A stretch of 64,000 nucleotides of DNA from positions 120,032,001 to 120,096,000 of the forward strand of contig NC_043000.1 in the NCBI RefSeq assembly GCF_006345805.1, in the 5' to 3' direction. Positions within the stretch are counted from its first letter, which is position 1. Every line of letters begins with the position of its first letter. The notes under the pieces were generated by a model, which was not told where the DNA came from, did not search any database, and saw only the letters and a list, made by a program, of their open reading frames with translations. Source of the stretch: Octopus sinensis. Taxonomy: Eukaryota. This document shows positions 13,557 through 27,535 of the stretch, piece after piece. The position numbers were made by a program, and so were the translations under genes.

Positions 13557-14859
13557 ATTATTATCATTATCAATACTATTATTATTATTATCATCATCAT
13601 CATCATTATCATTATTATTATTATTATCATTTTTATTATTATTATCAGTGTTGTTATATACCAAGTTTTATAGTGTAATTCAATTAAATTAAATTCAGCT
13701 CAATATAATTTATTGTCATTGTATTTTGACAAGCATAACGAATGTTTCATTCCAGTCTCAACTAAAATAACAACTGATTCATTTCGAAAAATAACAATAA
13801 AATATATAATAATGATATCTAACATCAACTCAGAGTTATATATGGCTTTTTTTTTCCTTTTTTTTTTTTTGGAGATGATGGCCAGTGGGGGAGGGGGGGC
13901 AAAGGTGACGATGGGGATGGGGTGAGGGGGGGCGAAGGTGGCATGAGGGAGATGATTAAATTGATTTCCCCCCTCTTTCCCCCCCCTCCCACCCCCTCTC
14001 TGTGATCATTTATCTAACTGTTGCTTAATTTAATTTATTGCACCCCTCGCTTGCCCAGAAGAATAAAAGTCAGAGCTAATTCTGTTGGGATTTGAAATCA
14101 GAATGTATAGGGATCATCATAATCATCATCATTACCATCATCGTCATCATCATCATCATCATCATCATTACCATCATCACCACCATCATCATCATCATCC
14201 TCATCCTCATCATCATCCTCATCACCGTATAATGCTCACTTTCCCATGCTAGCGTGGATCAATCAGAATTTTGTATGAGGCAGCTTTTCTATGGCTGGAT
14301 GCTCTTCCTGTCGTCAACCCTCCTCTGTTTCCAAGCAAGGTACTATTTCCCTCATGATTAGACATGCTTTTCATTGAAGAACATAAATGAACAGTTTCAC
14401 TTTCATGATAATGATGACAAGCATCATCATCATCTACAACCTTCATGTAATCACATAACAACACTATACACAAACGTACACATACATATACGTATGTATG
14501 TATGTGTATGTATGTATGTATGTATGTATGCATGCATGTTTGTAGGTATACATGTATGTATATATATATAAATATATAGATGTATAAAGACCCCCTTCAG
14601 TCAAGAATGACAATGGGATTACTTTTAAAAAGTTAGCCTCCAAGGCACAAGTCTGGGCAAAGTTGTTTTATGGAAGACCAGCATTTGCCGATGCATACAA
14701 ACCTCTCCTCTCCACATTGTCCAACGGGAAGGCAAAGGCCGATACATCTTGTCACTAGTGACGTCCCAACTCATTTCTGCAATTGAGTGAATTGGAGCAA
14801 CATTAAATAGACTGCCTTGCTCAAGAACACAACATACAATGTGTGTCAGTTGGTGCTTG

Positions 14860-15400
14860 TTCAGTTCATGTGGTACCCATTTGTCCAGCTTCTTTACTTT
14901 GCTGATTTGTTTCAGATGGTCCAATTCAGTTGGAATTGAAACATCAAACCTTGCTTCTAACTCAGTGAGTTTGAGATATATCCACTTCCACAACAGTTTC
15001 CAGCTCATCATTATCCACCTTGGTCTCAGGGTTACCATGGGGCTGATTTTCAAGAGTAAAGTCACCAGACCGGAACTTGTCAAACCATCAACATACAGTA
15101 TGCTCATTCGCCACATCTTCACCAAACACCTCATTGATGTTTCGAGCTGTCTGGGATGCATTGGTTCTACAAAGGAGCTCATATTTATAAACACCACAAA
15201 TTTTTTATCTATCCATGGGTTCAAAAAATTGATTTACAAGAGAAAACTCACAACATAATCAGACACCATGAATTGCATTTCGAAAAGTGAGGATGTAGCT
15301 CTTCAATGTTGTGAAACAAAGAATTGTCAGGATAAAGCATTAGAGTTAACAGCTCAAACTTGGTGCATAAGAAAATTGGACATTTCATTCTTAATGGCCT
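14860..15400 (-). mobile_element. Degenerate mariner transposase 5' region
   Basis: Minus ORF contains LKQISKVKKLDKWVPHELNKHQ (mariner WVPHEL motif). Confidence 0.8.
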
Positions 15401-15499
15401 ATTACCCCTTATTCGCATAATCACCGAATCTATGGTCTATCCATAGCACTGATTCAGCATTACTTGACACCATTACCTCTCATAACCTCTCTCTCTCTC

Positions 15500-15537
<38 letters not shown>

Positions 15538-16246
15538 CAGGCTTCTTTCAGTTTCCATCTACCAAATCTACTTACAAGGCTTTGGTTGGTATGGAGCTAT
15601 AATAGAAGACACTTGCTCAAGGTGCCATACAGTGGGACTGAACCTGGAACCATGTGGTTTGGAAGCAAGCTTCTTATTTCTTTATTGCCCATAAGGGGCT
15701 AAACACAGAGGGGACAAACAAGAGCAGACAAACGGATTAAGTCGATTACATCGACCCCCAGTGCATAACTGGTACTTAATTTATCGACCCCGAAAGGATG
15801 AAAGGCAAAGTCGACCTCGGCAGAATTTGAACTCAGAACGTAGCGGCAGACGAAATACGGCTACGCATTTCGCCCAGCGTGTTAACGGTTCTGCAAGCTT
15901 CTCACCACACGGCCATGTCTGCACCTATGATTTTTTTTATAAGCATTAGTACAAGCCGAAACATTTTGCAGAAGCGATGTAGATTATTTAATTGTCTCCT
16001 GAGGTATGGGTTCTAAGTTGATTTTCTCTCTTTAGTGACGATTGGACCCTGAATCTAAAAGAAAATTTGCTAAGCACTTTATAGGGCACTTTTTTGATCA
16101 TGCTTTTTAGTTTCCTAACAACAGTGACTAAAAGAAGAATAACAGTAACTTGTAACATAGCTACATGGTTTGGGAGGAAATTACATGTATACTTGAGCAT
16201 CATGATGCTTTAGTTACAAAAAAACACAGTGGTTAATGAATCAGTG

Positions 16247-16332
16247 GTGAATGAATCAGTAATGAATGAACCAGTGATGAATGAATCAGTGATGAATGAA
16301 TCGGTGATGAATGAATCGGTGATGAATGAATC
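16247..16332. repeat. 15-bp minisatellite (GTGATGAATGAATCA-like)
   Basis: About 6 tandem units visible; two more units near 16790-16812. Confidence 0.8.
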
Positions 16333-17318
16333 ATCTCCATGCACTCTGTAAATGGAACAAATGATAGATTCTTGATATCAAACTCATAGCCCACAGCAGC
16401 AAAGCTGTCTCCATCATGTATTTTCTTGATCATCTCTGTGGAAAATACTTTTGTCTGCATCATTTGTTGAGATCAGGTGGCTTCAAATTCTTTTCCTGTC
16501 ACTTGTCCCCTGTTCATGGGTATGAGTACATAAATCAGTATAAAACAATACACAGCCTGCCTCATAGTACAGTCATGTAAACACAAGCGATAACCACTGC
16601 ATTCTGGGTAGTTGAGCATCACTAATGGTTGCTTAGATGAGTTTCTGCTGTTCAAGGAAAATCCAAATTCCTATCAGCTTGTGTTATCAAAGCCCAATCT
16701 TTTGGTATAACATGGTTGGACCGTGTAATCCCTCTGCAGTTAGTCTCATTGCTGGTTTACGAAATGGAGCATACTGTATGATCCGGATCAGTGATGAATG
16801 AATTAGTGATGAAAAAGGCTATATGTACCATCATCTTGTGATCAAGTTGATAAGAGTTGTGTGACATAGTCACACTTCCCATCATGATCCTTCAAAGCAT
16901 TTGGTAAGTCAGTAGGACAACATCTCATGTTTGCATAATATATCTGGTTGATATACATTTTCACTGGTCAGCCATTCTGTGTATATCCATGATGGGATCT
17001 TCTATCTTGTTTTGGTCATTAGACAGGGGCCATGATGGGGCACCACATTGAAGAATTTTCAGTTGAATGAATCAACCTCAGCTCTGTACTGATTAGATAA
17101 TACAGTTCTGTATGGTCAGAAAGCTAAGCAAATTTGTTCTTAGTGCTTGCTCTTGGGCAGCACAGATTAGAGCCTCTGTTTTCAGCCTTAAATCACTTTT
17201 AGTCATCCGCAGTCATCTTTTTTCTTTGTCTGTTTTATCTTCAACATCCCTATGAAATTGACCATGCATTCTTTTCTTTACCCACCTATTTTCAGTTTCA
17301 TTCGTCTTCAATTTGTTG

Positions 17319-17361
<43 letters not shown>

Positions 17362-18599
17362 CATTATTATTATTAGTATCATTATTATTATTATTATCAT
17401 CATCATCATCATCATCATTATTATTATTATTATTATTATCATTATCATCATCATCATCATTATTATTATTACTATTATTATTATCATCATCATCGTGAAC
17501 ATCATAACTATTATTGCATTCTCCCTGAGCAAACGTGTTTGTTCATTCTTACTATTGACTTGGACTTGTGCAGAATTGTTTTCTGAAGGATTTTGAAATA
17601 TTGGATTATATTATTTTATATGTGCAAGCCTTGTACAAAGCTTGTCGGTTTTATTTCATTTTATTGCTGAGACAAAAAAATTTAATTCTGTGAAATAAAA
17701 TATTTCTTTTTCCTTTCTTTCGCTTCAATTTGACGTCATATGAATATTAACATCTTCTTTCACTTTGGATATTATCACCTGTTTTCTGAAAAATTGGATT
17801 AATATTTTTTCATGCTGTTTATTATTTTTTTTCTTGTGTAGCCCTACTTTACAAGGCACTGTTTTTATTATTTATTCATTTGTTTTTTGTTTTTTTTTGT
17901 GAAAACAAACAACTTTATTTCAAATTTATTTGAATTTTGGTCTATTATTGGTTTGACTGCATTCGTAATGGTGACCGGTCGACAAAGCAATGCCTTCCAA
18001 TGCAGAAAGAAATAAAATTAATAGGACAAACAATTTTATGAATGCGAAGCAGGAAACAAGTAACATGTCTGCTTTACAACAATAGACGCATAATTTAACT
18101 TGTGGCTTTAGAAATACATAGTTTATGAAGTGATCTTGTGAATTTACTAGGTGACGACAATAGCAAGAACAACAACAGTAATAACATTGACAGTTACACA
18201 CAGATTCAGACATCATCGAGTGAGAAGTGCACACATGGTGTGAGTGTCACTTAGGTTGCCTCCCTTCTTCCCATGTTAAGTGTTTCAATACGACCAAAAT
18301 GCAGTTTGAAAATGGCCCTGTGGTAAAGTTGTGTTTGTAGGAACTATATTAAGCCAGGGTCAACTTTGCTTTTCATTCTTTCGGGTACTGGTTGCACACT
18401 GGGGTCGATGTAATTGACTTGCCCCCTCCTCACAAATTTCAGGCCCTTTGCCTATAATAGAAAGGATTGTTCTTGTTGTTATTGTTTTACTTCTTAGAAT
18501 GCTCAGTCTTGTTTGTTCTGGTAATTCTGTGAGAGTGGATAGCAGCCTGCTGTCAGAGGTTTCACAGGGTCTTTATCCGCACATTATAAGCTTTGATTC

Positions 18600-18905
18600 T
18601 TGGTTGTTAATTATCATTATGAGAGACATTCAACATCCAAGTACCAATCTCAAAATCCTAGCTGTCCCTAGAAGAGCAGTTTTTGGGGCTTGCTCTGATC
18701 TCATGTCGATTCCGATTTCTCTGACATATTTCTCGAACTTGGTTGTAAGTGCTCCGAGTGTTCCTACAACTACTAGAATGGCAGACACTCTCCTCGTAGT
18801 CCACATCCTTGCAATTTCATCTTTTAGTAGTCTATACTTTTCAGTCTTTTCTAGTTCTTTGTCACTTACGCGTGAATCCCCAGGTAATGCAGTATCTATG
18901 ATCTT
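18600..18905 (-). mobile_element. R4/Dong-like non-LTR retrotransposon 3' end (RLE domain tail)
   Basis: Minus frame IIDTALPGDSRVSDKELEKTEKYRLLKDEIARMW...VVVGTLGALTTKFEKYVREIGI...KTALLGTARILRLVLGC*, typical of the RLE-clade C-terminus. Confidence 0.85.
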
Positions 18906-18924
18906 GGTTTCTTTCTTTTTTTAT

Positions 18925-19319
18925 TACTCTTTTACTCTTTTCAGTCATTCGACTGTGGCCATGCTGGAGCACCACCTTTAGTCGAACAAATCAACCCCGG
19001 AACTTATTCTTTGTAAGCCTGGTACTTATTCTATCAGTCTATTTTGCCGAACTGCTAAGTTTTGGGAACATAAAAACACCAACATTGGTTGTCAAGCAAT
19101 GGTGAGGGGACAAACACAGACACAAAGACACACACCTAAATATATATACATATATACGACGGGCTTCTTTCTGTTTCCATCTAACAAATCCACTCACAAG
19201 TCTTTGAACGGCCTGAAGTTATAATAGAAGACACTTGCCCAAGGTGCCATGCAGTGGGACTGAACCCGGAACCCTGTGGTTGGGAAGCAAGCTTCTTACC
19301 ACTAATCCACACCTGCACC
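18925..19319 (-). mobile_element. Major tRNA-derived SINE, near full length
   Basis: Reverse complement of the full family sequence from head to AAAGAGTA tail. Confidence 0.85.
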
Positions 19320-20667
19320 TATTATTATTATTATTTTTATTATTCTTATATTATTTTAGCTGTGCGCCAATCAAATCAGTTAAATCCAATACAAAAGTAA
19401 TCTTTCAAATTAGTCCAAAAATGCTTCTCTGCTCATTCATTTTGGTGACAAAGTTTATCAGGAGGATGCTCAAAGCATTTTCATCACCCCCCCCAAAAAA
19501 CTTTTAGCAGGGTGTGCTCGTATCCCCTGCACTCTCCTGTTTCCGAGCCTCTGAGCATGCTGGCTAGTGGTACTGGTAGTAATCGGCAGTGGTGGTCATA
19601 ATCAGCAGTGGTGCCAGTAGCTATGGCTTACAAGAGCTGACCAAAATTTTCGTTTCTAGCCTCAGCAAGGCTGACTGTGAATCACAGCTAATCTTCTTAC
19701 TGCATTGTATTGTTTGCTTTAAGAATTCAAAGATTCTTCTCCACCAAAGCAATCTGGAAATACACAAGCGTCATTACGAGTGACATTGTTGATGCAATAA
19801 TTCCTCCATATCTCCAATATCCCCTCACAGCTACCAATACCGTTTTCTCCCCACCTACTTCTCTTTCCCCACCCCCTACTCTCTGTTCATTGCTATTTCA
19901 GGGCTTTATTGTTATTGTTATGGCTATTTTTGAAATTATCTCTAGGACATTCTTCATTTCATCAGCCGTCTGTTGCTGGACATTAAATCTAATGGCCTTT
20001 CATTAGATTAGCCTCTTCACCAACGCTGAGGTGGAGGGTGGCGCTTACTTTCTCTGGGTGCATAGATATGCACAGGAACACAAATGTAGATTTTTTGGGT
20101 TTTTTCTTCTTTTTTTTACAGAAGTATACATGATTCTGAGAATGTTCAAAAATATGTGTATATGCTTGTGAATGGGTGGAGGTGTGTGTGCATGTGATTA
20201 GGATTGTATCTGTGTGCACATGTATATATGTGTGTGTGTGTGGTGGCGCAATGGCCCGGTGGTTGTGTGTGTGTATGTGTGTACGTGCATACTAAGTGTT
20301 ATGTATATACAGTCATGGATAAACTGTTAAAAAAAAACTCCACTTCACAGTTATGACATCCCAAGTTCAGTCCCACTGCATAGTTTCTTGGACAGAGGTC
20401 TTTTACTCTAGCCTGTAGTCAAGCTAAGCCTTGTGTGACTAAGGTTCAGCAGACAGATCCTGTGTGGAAGCTCCCTAAATGGATAGTATTTATGATTGTG
20501 ACATGTTGTGTCTAATTGATTTGGTTCTGCTTGGGGATTACATTAAAAGTAATGTCTTTGGAATACTCAGCCAATTCAGTGATTGAGGAATTGAAATGCT
20601 CATCATCAAAGCCAACAGATATCCCGTTACTCTATTAATTATATGACATGGAATGCTTCTTAATGAT

Positions 20668-21053
20668 TCTCTTTTTTACTTGTTTCAGTCATTTGACCGT
20701 GGCCATGCTGGAGCACCGCCTTTAGTCGAGCAAATCGACTCTAGGACTTATTCTTTGTAAGCCTAGTACTTATTCTATCGGTCTCTGTTGCCGAACCGCT
20801 TAGTTACATGGACGTAAACACACCACCATCGGTTGTCAAGCAATGTTGGGGGGACAAACATATACACAAACATACATATATATATATATATATACGACAG
20901 GCTTCCTTCAGTTTCTGCTTAACCAAATTCACTCACAAGGCTTTGGTCGACCTGAGACTATAGTAGAAGACAGTTGCCCAAGGTGCCACGCAGTGGGACT
21001 GAACCCGGAACCATGTGGTTGGTAAGCAAGTTACTTACCACACAGCCACTCCT
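20668..21053 (-). mobile_element. Major tRNA-derived SINE, near full length
   Basis: Same family as 18925-19319, with well-preserved head and tail. Confidence 0.85.
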
Positions 21054-21583
21054 AAAGATGCATGTGATTTGCATGACATTACTGGAGAGCTAAGCAAGAA
21101 CTCATTGGTATCCCCATCATAGATACAATTAGCTTGATCATGAAAACAAGAAAAAACCTTCATTGACCTGTTCTGTATTAATATGGGGTGTTGCTTGGCT
21201 GATCTTGCAAATGCTGTACAGGATTTTAATGGATATTAATGAAGTAAAAAAAATCTGATTAGCTCGATCTGATGACAACAATGATGATGATGATGATATG
21301 CTATTTGGTAATTTTACTTTATAGTATAGCTACTATATAGCTGTGTATTTGCGCTGGTTGATTCCTTTCTTACTATCAAACTAATATTGGCTTCTGTATT
21401 TGGCAAAAACCTGTGATGCTTTTTGCAGTCTCAGTGATATTTCAAACTGATGACTATCCCTCATGAGGACAGCAATGGTTAGGAATAGAGGGGAATGAAG
21501 CTGAACTCTAGGTGAGCAAGCAGTTGTTTGAAATTTATCTCTGATGATCAGATTTTCAATCTTTGAGAAAAATGTCATATTTA

Positions 21584-21729
21584 CCATATTTTAACATGTA
21601 TAAGGAACCCTTTTTTGTCAAAATATAGGAGTTTCTTATACATGGATACTATTATAATCCCTTACAAACCTTTTTTTCCAAATTTTAAGTCCCCAAAATT
21701 AGGGGTTCCTTATACACATTAAAATACGG
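21584..21729. mobile_element. Tc2/pogo-like MITE (146 bp)
   Basis: 22-bp imperfect TIRs CCATATTTTAACATGTATAAGG / CCTTATACACATTAAAATACGG, each flanked by TA. Confidence 0.75.
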
Positions 21730-22539
21730 TACTTTGAGATAGTAAGGACCACTAGTTTCTTGGTCACTCCTGAAGGGCATTCTCTATAAATGTACAGAAA
21801 GTTCAGTGGTTTTTTTTGACTGAGAGCTGGGAACTGTTCTGGTGGTGAAGATAACTTCTTTCTTTGTCTTATTGCCTAGATGGTGTGATATAACTGTCAC
21901 AGTCTTCCATTACTCCCTCTCTAATATCTTCCCATGCCTGTTTACCTGTTTCTCCCATCATGCTTATACTCTTTCTTCTTTCACTTCGTTTGTAAACACA
22001 AAAAGGAAAATGGAAAAAGCACATATCCATATGGGGTAGGATGGTGGTATTTAAGATGAAGATGAGAGTGTAGCTTTGTGTCTGGTGTTGGGAATTGAAA
22101 ATATGATAGAGTAACAGGAGCATGTGCCTTGTTATAGGGAAGATACATGGCTATCCCACATAAATATGGAACATAAATGAGCTGAGAGAAAAACCTGAAT
22201 ATGTGGAGAAGATGGTACTGGTCCAGATGTGTGATGCACATGGAATGTGACAGATGGGTAATGAATGATATGATAAACAATACAAGTGAAAGGTACTTGG
22301 AGGAGGAGGAGGAGAAGAAGAAGACGACGATGAAGGCGAAGAAGACAAGAGGGAAGGAAGTGATGAAGGTTGTTGATATTTGGATGTTGAACCTCTTGGA
22401 CACAATGATGTGTGACTGCAAAACGTGGCAAGACACTGGTTTGGAGTTGACCTGTCCAACCCTTCCAAGCAAGGAAAAATAGCTATAAATGTGGTGGTGG
22501 TGGTGGTGATGACTGTGGTGATGGTGATATTGGTGTTGC

Positions 22540-22745
22540 TGGTTGTTGTTTTTAAGCAACAAGATGGGTAAGGGGGATTAGGTGATGATCTAGGGCTTAG
22601 GGGTGGGAGACCCCAGACCTTGGGAAAAAAAAATTTGGTTGTCTTGTTGTAGGCGAGAGCTCTTCATTGATGCTTGACACCACTGGGAGGTGGCCCTTGA
22701 AGTCGCTGGAAATGGGGGTCTCCAGGTCCAAATTCTTAAACGGCT
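22540..22745 (-). repeat. Unclassified ~210-bp interspersed repeat, copy 2
   Basis: Reverse complement of 8225-8445; both translate to near-identical FKNLDLE..ISSDF.GHLPVV...TTRQP.FFF. Confidence 0.8.
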
Positions 22746-23113
22746 GGTGTTGCTGGTGGTAATGATGGTGGTGGTGGTGGTGGTGGTGATGAGAATGCAC
22801 TCACACTCATACACATGTAGTTGTGGTGTGTAGAATCGTGTTTGTGTGTGTGTGTGTGTGTGTGTGCAAGCACGTGTTGACTATTATTCATCATCCGTTC
22901 TGTATTCGTTTCCCCATCTGCAGGGAGGGGGTCGGGGCACCAGCTCTGCGTTGTCCCACCGTGTCCCCCTTGTGGTAACAGTTCACTGGAGGAAGATAAG
23001 CAAACACAACAACAACAACATCAGCAACAATAGTCACACAAAACAAAAGAAACTAAACTAATACGACAGAAAAGAAATAAAATTTATTACAGGACAGTTG
23101 CAGCTGAAGCCAG

Positions 23114-23170
<57 letters not shown>

Positions 23171-23521
23171 GTGTGTATCAATTTAAATACATTTATATGT
23201 GTATGTTTAAATATGATATATATGTATACATGCACACACACACACACACACGTGTATATATATATATATGTATATACACACACACACACACACACATACG
23301 TATGTATATATCTATATATAATTATATATATGTATATATATAGGGTTGTATGTATATATTTATATATATATATAGGTAAGTATGTAAATATAAATATGTC
23401 TATATGTCGGTATGTGTGTATATATATATATAGGTGTGTATATATATATATATATCTATATGTAGGTATCTATATATATATGGGTATGTATATATACATA
23501 CATATATATATATATATATAT

Positions 23522-23751
23522 ATCACAATCAAGGAACGGCCATAATAGGCCATTCACCCACTAGAAATAACAGCCAAAGCTTCAACCGCAAAATAACATT
23601 AATTACAGGGTAAATGTTTTTTAATTTTCTCCTGGTTTACGGAATTAATGTTATTTTGCGGTTGAAGCTTTGGCTGTTATTTTGCGGTTGAAGCTTTGGC
23701 TGTTATTTCTAGTGGGTGAATGGCCTATTATGGCCGTTCCTTGATTGTGAT
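23522..23751. repeat. Foldback hairpin: 83-bp inverted arms, 38-nt spacer
   Basis: Left arm 23522-23604; right arm 23643-23751 is its exact reverse complement apart from a 26-bp tandem duplication (23649-23674 / 23675-23700). Confidence 0.92.
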
Positions 23752-23855
23752 GTTGAACTTAAAAATGGTCTATGACTATTTAATTTTTTCCCACTAGGCC
23801 GCTGGTGGCAAAAAAAAAAAAAATTCTACAAAATTTTTTGCCACCCTATATTGAT

Positions 23856-23897
<42 letters not shown>

Positions 23898-23935
23898 TAT
23901 GTTTGTATATATATATGTGTATATAGGTATGTCTC

Positions 23936-24063
<128 letters not shown>

Positions 24064-24424
24064 CACATACATATCTCCAAACACATGTGCATGCATGCAC
24101 ATATATACATGAGTGTGTATGTGTGTGTCCTAATCTTTATTCTTGACCACCTCACAACCACATCAAATTCTCTCTTGTGTCATTAATCTTTCACTGTTGG
24201 CAAATGGGCTTTTCACTTAGTATATCTCAGCCATACAACCCACAGTCACTGCTACCACCACCACCACTATCAACATTGACAAATGGATATCTCTCCCCAC
24301 ACCCGGGACCTTACTGCCTGCCTCTTTCTCTCTCTCTCTCTCTCAACAATATCAACAGTGTCACCTGTTTTGAGTGTCTGTATCCTCTTGTCTTTTCAGT
24401 CTTCAGACTCTGCCTCCTCCTCTG

Positions 24425-24470
<46 letters not shown>

Positions 24471-24499
24471 AATTGTCTTCCATCCTGTGGAACAGTGAT

Positions 24500-25030
24500 G
24501 AAGCTGGTGGTGGTGATATTGGCTGTTTTCACTGTATTGTTAGTTTCATGGTGGTGGTGATGGTTGTAGTAGTAGTTGTGCTAATTGTAGTGGTGGTGGT
24601 GGTGATGGTGTTGGCTTTAGTGGTGATGGTGGTGGTTGTAGTGGTGATGGTAGTAGTTGTAATGATAATGGCAGTTATTGTAGTAATGATGGTGGTGGTT
24701 ATACTGATGGATGGTTGTGGTGGTTGTAGTGGTGGTGGTGCTGGTTGTAGTGGTGACGGTAGTGGTTGTAGTAGTAATGGTAGTTGTTGTAGTAGTGATG
24801 GTGGTGATTGTAGTGGTGATGAAGGTAGTAGTAGTAGTGGTGATGATGGTGTTTGTAGTAGTAATGATGGTTGTAGCAGTGATAGTGGTGGTAATGGTAA
24901 TAGTCATAGTGGTGGTTGTGATGGCAGTTATGGTTGTGATGCTGGTGGTAATGGTAATAGTCGTAGTGGTGGTTGTGGTGGTGGCACTGATGGTTGTGAT
25001 GGCACTTGTGATGGTGGTGGTGGTGTCTAT
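24500..25030. repeat. Mosaic trinucleotide tract (GGT/GAT/GTA/GTT)
   Basis: Continuous low-complexity triplets; produces the poly-V, poly-T and G/S ORFs in the track. Confidence 0.85.
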
Positions 25031-25516
25031 CTGATTATGACAATTGTGAAGTTAAAGGTGTTAGAATTAGTGTGTTTTGAATCTTCTTCATAAGGTAGTG
25101 GCAGAGGCAGCGGAGAATGGATGGTTTTGGTCCTGTTGGCAGTCTGTAGATGTCTTACTTAGAGTAGCTCTGTCACCCCCACCCCACCAGCTTGTTGTTT
25201 TACTTGCTGTTGTTGTTATTGTTATTGTTATTGTTATTGTTGTTGTGACTGGGTCATTGTTTTTGCAGTTGTCCTACTTGTCCTACCGTTTCACCCAACA
25301 TCAAAGAATTTCTTCGTCTGATTAAAACTAAAATATAGGAAAATAAAAGAAAAAAGCCACAATGACTGATTGATATTCACAACATCATTCAGGAAGAATT
25401 CTTAATTCTACAACAGAAACCACAGCAGTTGGTACAGAACTTTTCAATTCCATTATGCCATTTTCTTATCCAATTTCCTTTCATTCTCTGTCCATCTGTG
25501 TGTTTGTCTCTCTGTC

Positions 25517-25562
<46 letters not shown>

Positions 25563-25890
25563 CATCTGTGTCTGCTATTCCCCCTTGTCTATGTATCTCT
25601 CTAACACTCTATCTATTTGCCTATTTGTTTAGTAGAATAAATTTACTTATCTCCTATAATTTCTGTATCCGTCTGTAAATCAAGATATTTCTCTTACTCC
25701 CCATTTATTTGTATCCTTATTTGTTGCTGTATTCATATAATCTCCACTTTTTCTCTTCCTGTCTATGTATGTATGTATGTATGTATGTATGTATGTATGT
25801 GTGTGTGTGTGTGTAGGGAGGGAGTCGGTTTCCAACAAAGATACAAGGCTCCACCTTTGGGTTGTAGTTAACAGACAAATTCACATTTTG

Positions 25891-26028
25891 GAACTTGAGA
25901 AAAGTCTTGCATATTTTTGCTGTTCCACTCACAGATTGGGCTTGTAATGTACGAATCAGCTGGACAATTTCTCTTTCTGAAAATCCCAGTTTATCCAGAT
26001 TCTCCTTTGAGTATTTACTAACAAAACC
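25891..26028 (-). mobile_element. Isolated C-terminal fragment of an RLE-type non-LTR retrotransposon
   Basis: GFVSKYSKENLDKLGFSEREIVQLIRTLQAQSVSGTAKICKTFLKF resembles the RLE tail pattern L..LG....LQ...L.GT.KI...L; bounded by microsatellites. Confidence 0.5.
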
Positions 26029-26984
26029 TTTGAATGTGTGTATGAATGAATTAATGAATGAATGTATGTATGTATGCATGCATGGATCTTCTATTTTTTC
26101 CGAGTTCAAATTCTGCTGTGGTTAACCTTACCTTTCATCCTTTTGGGGGTTGATGAAATAAGTACCAGTTGGGCACTGGAGTCAGTGTAGTCAACTTCCC
26201 CACCAACCCTTCAAAATTACTGGTTTTGTGGAAAGCAGTGAGCTGGAAGGGTTGTTAATACACTGGGCCAACAACTGTTGTTTTGTCCCTCTTTATGTTC
26301 AAATCCTGCCAAAGTTGTCTTTGCCTCTTATCCTTTCATGGTCAGTGAAATGAGTACCTGTTGATTACTGGAATCAATGTAATCAAACTTCTCCATCCCT
26401 CGGAATTACTGGCCGAATGCCAGAATTTGAAATCACTACCTGAGTCTGCTACCTGAAGCATTCCTCCAGGCTAGAAAGGCAGATATATGCACTGAAATGA
26501 AGATGTTTTACAGGCGTTTGACTGAAGTATACCATTTCTACAGCATATCGGTTCTAAGCTACAAAAACATTTGGCGACAACTGGCTTAATTCATTGGACA
26601 AGATATAAGAAAAAACAACCTGGTTCATTTGATGACAACTGAGGAACTGAAAAGAGAAAGCAGGTGAAAATAGAGAGAGAAGGTACTTGATGGCTGTAAC
26701 AACAGGTATCAGAAAAAACCCCCTTTCCTATAATGTGTTGTTGTGTGTGTGTGGAACAAGAGGGCCTGGGAGTCCATGACCATTTTTGCTTTTAGGCATG
26801 GCATGTAAAGAAGAAAATGGCAGCACACATGCAGTAAACCTTACATAATACAGGTATTAATCCTCTGTTGGCTTTTCATTATTTTACCTGACGACAAAAA
26901 TATTTTACTTCAATGTTAACCGAAAGAAAGATGACTGATTAGAAACAAGGAAAATGTTCTTACTACATGAATATACATACACAT

Positions 26985-27535
26985 ACATAGACAAAATACA
27001 CACTCACATGTGCATGCACAAACACAGACACACATTCACATACACACATACATGGGGGCATATCATATGCACATACACATGGAGACATACACATATACAC
27101 GGATACACATTCACGCACACACACACACACAAATGGGGACATATGCACATACACAGACACATATTCACACACACACACTCACATATGGGGATATATGCAC
27201 ATACACAGATAAACATTCACACACACACACACACACACACTCATGGGGACATATGCACATACAGATAAAAATACACACACACATGGGGACATATGCACAT
27301 ACGCAGACACATATTAACACACAAACACACATATGGGGATATATATGCACATACACAGATAAACATTCACACACATACATGGGGACATATGTACACACCG
27401 CTAAACATTCATATAAACACACACACATCCACACACACACACATGGGGACATATACGCATACACAGACACACATTCACACAACACACACATGAACAGATA
27501 CACCACACACACATACACAGACGTACACACACATA
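26985..27535. repeat. CA-rich minisatellite (CATGGGGACATATGCACATACACAG core)
   Basis: About 9 repeats of the core separated by variable (CA)n. Confidence 0.8.

Noticed and set aside
22884-22985. GC-rich stretch with acceptor-like sites on both strands
   Set aside because: No recognisable peptide or good donor; frames run into microsatellites or short stops.
24374-25093. Poly-Val/Thr/Gly ORFs, and the many poly-I/Y/C/H ORFs across the track
   Set aside because: Translations of tri- and dinucleotide microsatellites with no splice or homology support.
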